This document shows positions 9,619-19,075 of a DNA stretch of 38,076 nucleotides, one piece after another. The stretch spans positions 1 to 38,076 of the forward strand of contig JAHJDQ010000150.1 of assembly GCA_018812355.1 (NCBI GenBank). Reading direction: 5' to 3'. The position numbers and the translations under genes were made by a program. This DNA comes from Nanobdellota archaeon. Its GTDB lineage: Archaea > Nanobdellota > Nanobdellia > Woesearchaeales > GW2011-AR9. Under the pieces are notes generated by a model. It was not told where the DNA came from. It did no database searches and worked only from the letters and a program-made list of their open reading frames with translations. How positions within the stretch are numbered: position 1 is the first letter of the stretch; every line of letters starts with the position of its first letter.

Positions 9619-9735
9619 AGTTAGTGGGTGCCCTTTTGTGAGTAGCTTTTTCTAATTGAGCGAAATGTAAGCCGAGGATCGTGAAACGATAATAACCGAG
9701 GCGCAGAAGAAATTTCACTCTGGCCCCCACTAACT
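9619..9735. ncRNA. Candidate structured RNA / repeat element, copy 2 (117 nt)
   Basis: Terminal stem AGTTAGTGGG/CCCACTAACT, internal hairpin ATCGT-GAA-ACGAT; shares GTGAGTAGC, TGTAAGCCGAGGAT, ACCGAGGCGCAG and CTGGCCCCCACTAA with copy 1. Confidence 0.7.
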
Positions 9736-9758
9736 AAGAAATTTAATCACAAATTTAA

Positions 9759-9773
9759 GGAAAAGTTTATTTA
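9759..9773 (+). promoter_or_regulatory. BRE/TATA promoter
   Basis: GGAAAAG-TTTATTTA upstream of GGTGG RBS and ATG 9808. Confidence 0.5.
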
Positions 9774-9807
9774 CTTTTTCTTTTTTTATTTACTTTGGTG
9801 GTTTAAA

Positions 9808-10260
9808 ATGAAAAAAATGTTATTACTATTTGTTTTAGTTCTAGCTGTTTTTTTAGTTGGTTGTAAAACTATAGTTGAAGAAGCGATGGAACAACAAATT
9901 GAAGCAGAATCAGGTGGCAATGCCGATGTTGATTTTGATGATGGTTCGATGCACATTGAAACTGATGAGGGTGAAGTAGATATAGAATATTCTGGAACTA
10001 ATAATGGTGAGTGGTGTCAAGAGGGAGCAGAATGGAAAATGACTGCTAATACTGATGAAGGTGCTACTAATGCCCAATGGATGATTGAAGGATTAATCAA
10101 TTCAGGTGAATACTTCGGACTATGTCATGTTGTTTATACTGCTGAAGGACCTGAAGGAGAAGAAGCCAGAATGGACTACTATTTCAGTGAAGACGGAGAA
10201 ACGGGCTACTTTGAAATGAACATTGATGGTCAAGTGTTTAAGCAGGAATGGAATAGATAA
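9808..10260 (+). CDS. Acidic hypothetical lipoprotein
   Basis: MKK + hydrophobic stretch + lipobox LVGC; acidic mature part with two Cys. Confidence 0.8.
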   Translation: MKKMLLLFVLVLAVFLVGCKTIVEEAMEQQIEAESGGNADVDFDDGSMHIETDEGEVDIEYSGTNNGEWCQEGAEWKMTANTDEGATNAQWMIEGLINSGEYFGLCHVVYTAEGPEGEEARMDYYFSEDGETGYFEMNIDGQVFKQEWNR

Positions 10261-10321
10261 TTTTTTTTCTTTTTCTTTTTACCGTAAAGCATAAAAACCC
10301 CTCCTAATTATAACTTAAAAT

Positions 10322-11683
10322 ATGCTACGAACACACACTTGTGGAGAATTATCGAAGAACGATGCTGGTAAGAAGATTACTTTAGCCGGCTGGGTTGATT
10401 CAGCCAGAATTTCTGGAAAAATTGGTTTTTTAGATTTAAGAGATCGTTATGGTAAGACGCAAGTTTTTCTCAACAAAGATCTTGCCAATGAATTTAGAAA
10501 CTTAAACAAAGAAGATATCTTGCAAGTTGAGGGAGAAGTTAAAACCCGTCCACCACAACAAGTGAAAGAACTAGGAACTGGAGAGATTGAAGTTTCTGCT
10601 ACTAAAATTATCCTACTTAAAAAAATACCACCATTACCTTTAGATTTAGGTGATGAAATCACTTCTTCAGAAGAAACGAGGATGAAGTTTCGTTATCTTG
10701 ATTTAAGACGACCAGAAGTGAAAGACGCTTTAATCATTCGTCACAAATTAACGATGGCGATTAGAAAGTTTATGGACCAAGAGAATTTTTTAGAAATTGA
10801 AACACCTTTTATGGCTAAATCTACTCCAGAAGGTTCACGAGATTATATTGTTCCCTCACGAAACTTCCCTGGACAGTTTTACGCTCTCCCCCAATCCCCG
10901 CAAATTTATAAACAATTGTTAATGGTCGGTGGGATGGACAAATATTTTCAAATTGTCCGTTGTTTCAGAGATGAAGACTTAAGAGCAGACCGTCAACCAG
11001 AATTTACGCAGTTAGATATTGAAATGTCCTTTGTTGAAGAAGAAGACGTTTATACTACGATGGAAAAATTAATGCAGTATATCTTTAAAGAAGTTTTAAA
11101 TCAAGATATTGCTATTCCTTTTCCACGTCTGACTTATGATCAAGTGATGGAAAAATATAAATCTGATCAGCCGGATACTAGAGAAGAAACGGGATTAAAA
11201 TATTCTTTTTTATGGGTTACTGAATTTCCTATGTTTGAGTTTAGTAATGAAGCTAACCGTTACATTGCCATGCATCATCCTTTCACTTCTCCTAAGATGG
11301 AAGACATGAAATATATTCATAATGATAAAGATAAAGTTCGCTCCAGAGCTTACGATTTAGTATTAAATGGAAGTGAAATTGGCGGAGGTTCAATTAGGAT
11401 TTCTGATGAAGCTGTCCAGAAAGAAGTCTTCACTGCAATTGGCTTGTCAGAGAAAGAAGCTGAGAAGAAATTCGGTTGTTTACTTAATGCTTTAAAGTAT
11501 GCTCCTCCGCATGGTGGATTAGCTTTCGGCTTAGACAGATGGGCGATGATTATGGCTGGTAAAAATTCCATTCGAGATGTAATTGCTTTCCCTAAGAATA
11601 AGGATGCTCGTTGTTTAATGATGGACGCTCCTTCTGAAGTTTCTGGCGAACAACTTGATGAAGTTGGCTTGAAGTTGAAGTAA
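10322..11683 (+). CDS. aspS: Aspartate-tRNA ligase, bacterial type, lacking GAD insertion domain
   Basis: MLRTHTCGEL, RYLDLRR, STPEGSRDY, ALPQSPQIYKQLLM, motif 2 CFRDEDLRADRQPEFTQLD, motif 3 PPHGGLAFGLDR. Confidence 0.95.
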   Translation: MLRTHTCGELSKNDAGKKITLAGWVDSARISGKIGFLDLRDRYGKTQVFLNKDLANEFRNLNKEDILQVEGEVKTRPPQQVKELGTGEIEVSATKIILLKKIPPLPLDLGDEITSSEETRMKFRYLDLRRPEVKDALIIRHKLTMAIRKFMDQENFLEIETPFMAKSTPEGSRDYIVPSRNFPGQFYALPQSPQIYKQLLMVGGMDKYFQIVRCFRDEDLRADRQPEFTQLDIEMSFVEEEDVYTTMEKLMQYIFKEVLNQDIAIPFPRLTYDQVMEKYKSDQPDTREETGLKYSFLWVTEFPMFEFSNEANRYIAMHHPFTSPKMEDMKYIHNDKDKVRSRAYDLVLNGSEIGGGSIRISDEAVQKEVFTAIGLSEKEAEKKFGCLLNALKYAPPHGGLAFGLDRWAMIMAGKNSIRDVIAFPKNKDARCLMMDAPSEVSGEQLDEVGLKLK

Positions 11684-11831
11684 TGTTTCTTTTATTGAAA
11701 ATTATCTAAGGCGATAATTTTTAATCCCAAAAAAGTGTGATAAAATCACTCTATATTTTTGATTAACGCTTTTTTGTTAGTTATTTTGTAGTTTGTATAT
11801 TGATATAAATGATTGTTTGTTAGTGATTAAG

Positions 11832-12635
11832 ATGAACCAATTACAAGAAAGATTTGTCGAAGCCCTCGCTAGTGGACCATTATTTTTTCAAGACGGTCTT
11901 TATTTGAAAGATGGCCGACCCGTACCCTGTTTTAATAATTTTGGCAAGTTTGGTACGGGCAGAAAAGCTCGTTTGCTAGGGCAGATTTTTGCTGATATCT
12001 TAGTTAATCATTCTCCAATCCCAATTAGTAATGTTGACGCTCTTTTTGGCCCTTCCTACAAAGGTAGCTTAGTTGTTGGAGCAACCGCCTACACTTTAGA
12101 TGAAAGATATGGGATGGAGATACCTTTTGATTATGATCGTAAAGAAGTCAAAGTGCACGGCGACGCTTCTGGGCAGGAAGCAAGATTAGTAACTAATAGC
12201 TTTCCCAATCCCGCAAGAATTACTTTTATTGATGATGTCATGGTTTCTGGAGGAACTAAGTATGATGGTTTAGATAAGATCAATGCTGAAGCAGAAAGAA
12301 TAGATGCTCAGTGGTCTGTGAAAAGCTTGTTAGTTGGAGTTGATTGGCAATTTACTACACCTGTTTATGATCACGATGTTCCATCAGGATTATCAGATCA
12401 AGAATTAACCCTCTGGAAACGAAAACATGTCTTAGAAGAAAAGGGAGAACCAGCAACAACTTCTTTTTCCGAAAGAACAGGAATTCCTGTTAATTCTATC
12501 GTCACTTTAAGAGAAGCTGTTGATTATCTTCATCAGAAAAGAATCTCTGTCTTAATTAATGGAGAAAGAAAACTTATTGACACTCAAGTTAAAGATAACT
12601 TTGATCAATGTATGGAAATGTATGGGATAAATTAA
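11832..12635 (+). CDS. pyrE: Orotate phosphoribosyltransferase (divergent)
   Basis: LKDGR, LFGPSYKG, DRKEVKVHG flexible loop, FIDDVMVSGGT; adjacent to pyrF; ATG 11832 follows GTGA RBS. Confidence 0.85.
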   Translation: MNQLQERFVEALASGPLFFQDGLYLKDGRPVPCFNNFGKFGTGRKARLLGQIFADILVNHSPIPISNVDALFGPSYKGSLVVGATAYTLDERYGMEIPFDYDRKEVKVHGDASGQEARLVTNSFPNPARITFIDDVMVSGGTKYDGLDKINAEAERIDAQWSVKSLLVGVDWQFTTPVYDHDVPSGLSDQELTLWKRKHVLEEKGEPATTSFSERTGIPVNSIVTLREAVDYLHQKRISVLINGERKLIDTQVKDNFDQCMEMYGIN

Positions 12636-12656
12636 AAAAATTGAGGTAAAAAAAAT

Positions 12657-13460
12657 ATGGTACAATTAACAGATAAAGAACAAGAAGCAAGAAGTAGAAT
12701 TTGTTTAGCATTAGATGTACCTACTGTAGAAGAAGGTTTAGAAATGGCCAGAGAGTTAACAGATTTTGTTGGCACTGTTAAAGTAAATAGTTTATTTACA
12801 GTAGCTGCTTTTGAAGGTGTTGATATTGTTAGAGCAATTTATGACAGTGGAGGGAATGCTTTCTTAGATCTTAAATTCCACGATACACCAAATACAGTCC
12901 TTAATTATGCCAGAGCAGCAGCCGTTCCCGGTGTCTACTTATTTAATGTTCATATTGCTGGTGGGGAAAAAATGTGTAAAAAAGCAGTTGAAGGTGCTTA
13001 TGAAGGTGCTCAGGCAAAGAGAATAGAAAGACCATCAGTAATTGGGGTAACTGTTTTAACCAGTTTAAATGATGATTTAAAAGAGCAAAGTCTTGGAATA
13101 GCCTATGATGATTTAGTCAGAAGAAGAACAGAACTAGCTCGGTCTTGGGGATTAGATGGAGTAGTCTGCGCAGCCAGTAAAGCAGGAGCTTTAGAAGAAG
13201 AATTTGGAAGTGACTTTACTTATGTCACGCCCGGAATTAAGTGGGCCGGAGTACAAAGAGAAGGGCAGAAGCAATTGTATACTCCTGATCGGGCAGTGCA
13301 AGATTGTAGCAGTTCAATACTAGTGATTGGAGGAGCAATAGCTAAAGCAGGAAATGTTTATGATAAGAATGATCCTAAAAAATTACTACAAAGAGGAACT
13401 GCTGATGATAGAAGAAACACGGCTTACGCAATAGTACAAGCGATGGCTCAACATCTTTAA
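12657..13460 (+). CDS. pyrF: Orotidine 5'-phosphate decarboxylase
   Basis: LALD, FLDLKFHDTPNTV (DxKxxD), VTVLTS, DGVVC, VTPGI; RBS GAGGT. Confidence 0.93.
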   Translation: MVQLTDKEQEARSRICLALDVPTVEEGLEMARELTDFVGTVKVNSLFTVAAFEGVDIVRAIYDSGGNAFLDLKFHDTPNTVLNYARAAAVPGVYLFNVHIAGGEKMCKKAVEGAYEGAQAKRIERPSVIGVTVLTSLNDDLKEQSLGIAYDDLVRRRTELARSWGLDGVVCAASKAGALEEEFGSDFTYVTPGIKWAGVQREGQKQLYTPDRAVQDCSSSILVIGGAIAKAGNVYDKNDPKKLLQRGTADDRRNTAYAIVQAMAQHL

Positions 13461-13546
13461 TTTTTATGATTTTAACTTCAACTCAACCTGAACTCTTCTT
13501 AACGTTTATATATTACTAGACTATTCTTAGTAACGGTGATGTCAAA

Positions 13547-14431
13547 ATGGCTTTAAAAAATCAATGGAAAACAATCAAAGAGAACTGGGTTATTGCTGTA
13601 ATCCTCTTGTTAGTAGTTATGGTACCTTTATTCTCTGGTAGTGGAGTTAGTTCCTTTTCCAAGAGTGTTGGTTATGGAATCCCCATGATGGAAACATCTG
13701 AAATGGCCATGGCTAGTGATAGTTTTAGAGGAGGCGGAGTTTACTATGGTAATAATGATTTCGCTCCAGAAATAGAAGATCGAAAAATAACTAAAACTTC
13801 CTCAATTTCCACAGAAGTTGAACGCGGCGAATTCCATAACACAGAATTAAAAATAAGAGCAATTGTGGAAGGAACAAATTCTTACTTGCTTAACGAAAAT
13901 TCTTACAAAAACGGAAGAAACAAGAATTCTTATTACTCTGGAAACTATCAAATTAAAGTACCCACAAAAAAATACAGTCTAGCAATCGACCAACTGAAAG
14001 CTCTGGGAGAAGTGCAGTCATTCAACGAAAATGCAAGAGATATTACTGGTTCTTATACCAATACGCAAACAGAATTAGAAGTTGAAAAAGCACGCTTAGA
14101 ACGTTATGAAGAAATGTACCGTAAAGCAACTGAAATTAGTGACCAAATTGAACTTAACGACAGAATCTTTAATCAAGAACGAACGATTAAGTATTTAGAA
14201 CAATCTTTAGAAAACAAAGACTTACAGGTTGAATATACCACAATTAGTTTAAACGTGCAAGAAGAACAATCTGGCTACATTAACGTTGCTTTAGTCAAGT
14301 TCTCAGAATTGATTGAAAAGTTAGTCGACAGCTTCAACAGTTTGTTAGCATTAATCTTCTGGATCTTACCTTGGGCCATTATAGCCATTATCGTTTGGTT
14401 CGGCGTAAGATTTGTTAGAAAAAGATATTAA
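13547..14431 (+). CDS. DUF4349-like membrane protein
   Basis: N- and C-terminal TM helices, RKITKTSSIS, IKVP, LGEV...DITGSY, coiled coil, VEYTTISL. Confidence 0.8.
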   Translation: MALKNQWKTIKENWVIAVILLLVVMVPLFSGSGVSSFSKSVGYGIPMMETSEMAMASDSFRGGGVYYGNNDFAPEIEDRKITKTSSISTEVERGEFHNTELKIRAIVEGTNSYLLNENSYKNGRNKNSYYSGNYQIKVPTKKYSLAIDQLKALGEVQSFNENARDITGSYTNTQTELEVEKARLERYEEMYRKATEISDQIELNDRIFNQERTIKYLEQSLENKDLQVEYTTISLNVQEEQSGYINVALVKFSELIEKLVDSFNSLLALIFWILPWAIIAIIVWFGVRFVRKRY

Positions 14432-14446
14432 TTTTTTCTTTTTTCT

Positions 14447-14899
14447 TTATTCAATTTTTATCCTTACATTCTTATAAGTATAAACAGTTATTAAACTAAT
14501 TATCAGCAGAGAAATAATACAAAAGATACAAATTGCTTTAATAATAAATAATTCTGTATAAGTTAAGTATAAAGAAAAGATTAAAGCAACAAAAGTAACA
14601 TAAAATAAATTCTTTTGAGAAAATATTTTCTTCATCCATTTATTTTTTAACCATTTCTCTTTCTGTAATCGGACCAGCGCAATCAAACCAATCAGAACAT
14701 AACCAATAATCCCCATTAAAGCAGTCGGCACGCCCACAAATCTTGAATAACTGCTATTCTTTACTGCTGAACATGATAGTGTTTCACTGATATCACAACC
14801 TTGTTCTCCTTCCGCATAGAAAATGTTCAGTAAATAAATAGAAACCAAAATACCTAAAAAGGCTAAAAAAATAATTTTCTTAAGTATTTTCTTCTTCAT
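14447..14899 (-). CDS. Vitamin K epoxide reductase (VKOR) family disulfide-bond formation protein
   Basis: CDISETLSCSAVKNSSYSRFVGVP loop, SLYLTY, CIFC active site in TM. Confidence 0.92.
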   Translation of the reverse strand: MKKKILKKIIFLAFLGILVSIYLLNIFYAEGEQGCDISETLSCSAVKNSSYSRFVGVPTALMGIIGYVLIGLIALVRLQKEKWLKNKWMKKIFSQKNLFYVTFVALIFSLYLTYTELFIIKAICIFCIISLLIISLITVYTYKNVRIKIE

Positions 14900-14922
14900 T
14901 TAGTCATCTTTTCCCCTATTCC

Positions 14923-17124
14923 TTATAACTTTTTCCTTTTTAACAACAACGAATTAGTAATCACTGATACCGAACTTAAAGCCATCGCCCCGCCAGCGAT
15001 TACTGGATTAAGTAACCAACCTGTCCAGGGATATAAAACACCAGCGGCAATTGGTATTCCCAGTGAATTATAAAACAAGGCCCAGAACATATTCTGGCGA
15101 ATTTTACTCATCGTCATCTTACTTAACTTAATTGCTTTCGGAACATCTAAAAGATTATTCCGCATTAAAACCACATTACCTGTTTCCATTGCTACGTCCG
15201 TACCAGAACCCATGGCAATCCCAATATCAGCCTGTGCTAAAGCAGGAGCATCATTAATTCCATCTCCGACCATCGCTACTTTACCATCTTTCTGTAATCT
15301 TTTAACATACTTTACTTTATCTTCCGGAAGAACTTCCGCAAAATAATTCTTTATTCCTGCTTTTTTGGCAATCGCGGCAGCAGTTCTTTTATTATCTCCT
15401 GTAATCATGTAAACTTTAACACCTAACTCCTGCAATTTCTTAATGGCAAGAGGGGAGTCCGATTTAATTTCATCAGCTACAGCAATCACACCTAACACTT
15501 TCTTGCCTTCTGCCAGAATCATTGTTGTCTTTCCTTCACTTTCTAACTTAGAGATCTTTCCAGAGAAAGCAGCTAAACTCACTTTCTGTTCTTCCATTAA
15601 TCTTAAGTTTCCTAAATAATATTCTTTCTTTCCTAATTTTGCTTTTACTCCTCTTCCTGTTAAAGCTTTAAATCCATTAACTTTCTTCCAACTAACTTTC
15701 TTAGCTTGTGCTTTCTTAACAATCGCTTCCGCTTAAGGATGTTCAGAACTTTTTTCCATACTTCCAGCAATCTCTAACAACTTCTTCTCCGTAATTCCTT
15801 TTCCAACAACTAAATCGGTCACTTCCGGCTCGCCTTTAGTGATTGTTCCTGTTTTATCAAAGACCACATACTTCAATTTATGCGCAGTTTCTAACGCTTC
15901 TCCACCTTTAATTAAAATACCGTGCTTAGCTCCCTTACCCGTACCTACCATAATTGCTGTTGGCGTAGCAAGACCTAAAGCACAAGGACAAGCAATCACT
16001 AACACAGCAACAGCAGCAATAATTGCAAAGCCTACTTCTGCATGGAATAAAGAGAACCACACTGTAAATGTAATTAAAGCAATAAAAATTACGATGGGAA
16101 CGAAGTAAGCAGAAACATTATCTGCAAACCTTTGGATTGGCGCTTTTTTTGTCTGCGCATCTTCAATTAATTTAATGATTCTAGAAAGTGTCGTCTCACT
16201 ACCAACTTTTGTTGCTTTAAATTTAAAACTGCCTTGTTTGTTAATCGTCGAACCAATAACTAAATCCTTCTTGCCCTTCTCGACCGGAATACTCTCACCA
16301 GTAACAAGAGATTCATCTATCGTTGAATGACCTTCTGTAATCACACCATCAACAGGAATTTTCTCTCCGGGCTTAACAATAACAATATCATCTTTTTTAA
16401 CATCGTCAATGGGAATTTTAATTTCTTTACCGTTTCTAACTACAAGAGCAGTTTTTGCACCCATCTTCATTAACTTAGAGATTGCTTCTGAGGTTTTTCC
16501 TTTCGCCACCGCTTCCAAATACTTACCAAAAATAACTAAAGTAATCAAAACAGCAGAAGCTTCAAAATACTGATGTCCTTTAGCCGCAAATAAAACAACA
16601 TAAACAGAATAGAAATACGCTGCACTAGTACCCATGGCAATTAACGTATCCATATTAGAAGTTTTATTCTTTAAAGCAGCCCATGCCCCCTGATAAAATT
16701 GTCTTCCTACATAAAATTGGACTGGTGTTGCTAATGCCCACATAATATACTCTTGAAAAGGGATTGGATTCTTCATAAAAAACATTCCCAAAATAAAAGC
16801 AGGCACTCCAAAAATAGCACTCAGAATAACTTTAAATCTTAATCTTTTCAACTCTACTTTCTTTTTCTTCTCTTCTAGTGTAATCCCATGTCCCGCATGA
16901 TGTCCATGCTCTTTAATAATATGACCACCATAACCTTTTTTCTTAATCAACTCTAACAATTGATTTTCATTAGTTTGTTTTTCATCAAACTCAATCGCTG
17001 CTTTTTCTGTCGAGAAATTAACATTAGCAGTCTTGACTCCGACTTGTTTTTTCAAAGCTCGATCAATGATCGTTACGCAACTCTGGCAGTGCATTCCCGT
17101 AATATTAATCGTTGTTTTTTTCAT
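14923..17124 (-). pseudogene. copA: Cu(I)-exporting P1B-type ATPase interrupted by one in-frame TAA at 15733-15735
   Basis: GMHCQSC HMA, YFEAS, TGES, CPCALGLATP, DKTGT, SEHP*AEAIV, GDGINDAP, YN and MALSS; both track ORFs are in one frame. Confidence 0.9.
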
Positions 17125-17348
17125 TTTTTAATCTTACACTCTTTACATCCCCAAATTTTTTCATAAATCTGGCAAGTAATACAATATCCAAATGTTGCTG
17201 AAATTAAAAACAAAATTCCCAAAACAGCAACAACATATTTTCCCCAGGAAAAGAACAATGCTGCAATCATAATCACACCAAAAACAACTCTAGTAAATCT
17301 AAATTTAGGTGGCAAGTTTGATTTAAAAATTTTATATTGTTTTTTCAT
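17121..17348 (-). CDS. Small membrane protein, DUF2892/YgaP- or DUF4395-like
   Basis: R..R + two TM helices + GYCITCQIY; ATGA overlaps with neighbours. Confidence 0.7.
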   Translation of the reverse strand: MKKQYKIFKSNLPPKFRFTRVVFGVIMIAALFFSWGKYVVAVLGILFLISATFGYCITCQIYEKIWGCKECKIKK

Positions 17349-17656
17349 TTCAATCCCTTCCTCATTTCCTCAAACTTTTTTTTATTGATCTCTCCAGAAG
17401 CATACCTTTTTTTGAGGATTTCTAAAGAAGTTGATTTGTTTTCAGATAATTTTCTGTAGAGCCAGATAATTAAAAGAATGATTCCAATAATAACACTTAA
17501 CCAAAAGATCAAAGCAATAATCCAGAAAATCCACCAATAACCCCCACCATAATTAAACATCATTCCCGGACCCATATATTGTCCAGTATCAGCAAAAACT
17601 ATTTGGGCTGAGACAACAGTTACAATTAACAACAACATTTTTTTCATCATTGACAT
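17345..17656 (-). CDS. SHOCT-domain membrane protein
   Basis: Signal/TM, MGPGMM, C-terminal LEILKKRYASGEINKKKFEEMRK. Confidence 0.88.
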   Translation of the reverse strand: MSMMKKMLLLIVTVVSAQIVFADTGQYMGPGMMFNYGGGYWWIFWIIALIFWLSVIIGIILLIIWLYRKLSENKSTSLEILKKRYASGEINKKKFEEMRKGLK

Positions 17657-17690
17657 TTTAATAACCCCCCAATTTTTAACTAGTCCAAAT

Positions 17691-18011
17691 CTAACGTTTT
17701 CCTTTCAGGATTTTACAACAATATTTTTTCATATGTTTGTCAATCATCTCTAATAAAGGTTTAATTGTTTGCCGATTAACGGAATAATAACGAAACTTAC
17801 CATTTTGTTCTGAAAAGACCATCCCGCAACGTTCTAAGCGCTTAAGATTATGACTGACCATGGTCTGTTCAAATCCTGTCGTTTGACAGATTTCACTAAC
17901 ACTTTTATTTCCATGGCGTAAAGTATTGATAATTTTTAATCTATTCTCATTTGCTAGAGAACTGAAAAATATTTTATACGCTCCGTCTTTCTTACATGAT
18001 TGTTTTGACAT
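17691..18011 (-). CDS. ArsR/SmtB family metalloregulator
   Basis: FFSSLANENRLKII, SVSEIC, QTMVSHNLKRL, GKFRYYS, C-terminal H...CC. Confidence 0.92.
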   Translation of the reverse strand: MSKQSCKKDGAYKIFFSSLANENRLKIINTLRHGNKSVSEICQTTGFEQTMVSHNLKRLERCGMVFSEQNGKFRYYSVNRQTIKPLLEMIDKHMKKYCCKILKGKR

Positions 18012-18028
18012 ATGATAAATAAGTCATA
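18011..18028. promoter_or_regulatory. Putative ArsR/SmtB operator TATGA-N8-TCATA
   Basis: Inverted repeat between the minus-strand TATA box (18033-18040) and the arsR start codon. Confidence 0.6.
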
Positions 18029-18031
18029 CTA

Positions 18032-18679
18032 CTATATAAACTTTGTGGAACTTTTTTTGGTTTTTTTCATTTCAATCATTTTGAACACATCTCTCCAGGC
18101 TAGATTTTTCTCTGTAATTATCTGAAGACGACTTTTTTTAATCGTGCCTAGAGTGTCTCGATTAATATTAAAACCAAATAAAGATCTAGTAAAAGGATTA
18201 TGTAACCATTGAAATAGTGCCATTAGTCTGTTCTTACTTAAAACATGTTCCAAAAGTAGTATCCTCCCTTCTTTCTTGAGAACACGTTTCATTTCTGAAA
18301 GCACGGTTTGCTGATCAGCAACAGAACAAAGAACAAATGTGGCAACAATATAATCAAATGAATTATCGGGAAAAGTAAATTTTTCTGAGCCGACAACTTT
18401 AAATTTAACTTTGAAATTTATTTTTTCAGCCTTTTTTTCAGCTTTTTTTAACATCCCTCCACTAATATCAATTGCGGTTAATTCTACTCGGTTATGGTTA
18501 TAATAAGGCAGATTCTTACCGGTTCCTACACCAACTTCTAATACTTTTCCTTTAATATTACTCAAGAGCTTCTTCCGCCATTTACTAAAATATTTTTTTT
18601 CAATAGGTGTTTCGACAAAATCATAAATAGTTGAAAATCTGTTATACCTTTTCCCAATTTTTTTAATAGTTGTTTTCAT
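18032..18679 (-). CDS. Class I SAM-dependent methyltransferase
   Basis: VLEVGVGTG, AIDISGGML, FPDNSFD, FVLCSV, EMKRVLK..G.ILLLEH. Confidence 0.92.
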   Translation of the reverse strand: MKTTIKKIGKRYNRFSTIYDFVETPIEKKYFSKWRKKLLSNIKGKVLEVGVGTGKNLPYYNHNRVELTAIDISGGMLKKAEKKAEKINFKVKFKVVGSEKFTFPDNSFDYIVATFVLCSVADQQTVLSEMKRVLKKEGRILLLEHVLSKNRLMALFQWLHNPFTRSLFGFNINRDTLGTIKKSRLQIITEKNLAWRDVFKMIEMKKTKKSSTKFI

Positions 18680-18744
18680 TTGAAAATAAAAAATAATATT
18701 TTAATTCTTTACAATTACGGGAATAAAAAATAAAATCTAAACAA

Positions 18745-19074
18745 TCAACACCCCGCTAAAGAAGCTAACCTCTCTAATGGTTGTTCTCCAGGATAATTCT
18801 TCCCTTTAACACTCCAAGTAGGATATCCAGTTACTCCCGCATCTGTACAGGCATCTTTGTTTTGATCACAATCAATATAATTTACATACTGAAAAGATTT
18901 TCCAAAAGCAGCTTTCTGATTCTGACAATGACTGCACCATTCTGTTCCATACATCACGACTTCGTTCTCAGTTAAACATTGTGCTAAGGCATCATAATTT
19001 TCGGATCCTGAAGAACATCCGACAATAATCAACATCGCCAATAAACTAACCACTATCATTATTTTTTTAATCAT
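18745..19074 (-). CDS. Thioredoxin-like lipoprotein resembling the Trx domain of cyanobacterial VKOR fusions
   Basis: Start moved to ATG 19074; lipobox IVGC; MYGTEWCSHCQNQK..FG, YIDC, C...GVTGYPTW. Confidence 0.85.
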   Translation of the reverse strand: MIKKIMIVVSLLAMLIIVGCSSGSENYDALAQCLTENEVVMYGTEWCSHCQNQKAAFGKSFQYVNYIDCDQNKDACTDAGVTGYPTWSVKGKNYPGEQPLERLASLAGC

Positions 19075-19075
19075 C

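Noticed and set aside
9497..9730. Minus-strand 77-aa ORF across element copy 2
   Set aside because: Copy 1 differs by 1-nt and 4-nt indels and hits a stop, so coding is not conserved; it also overlaps gdh antisense
14923..15597. Independent HAD-like gene
   Set aside because: It is the in-frame C-terminal part of copA
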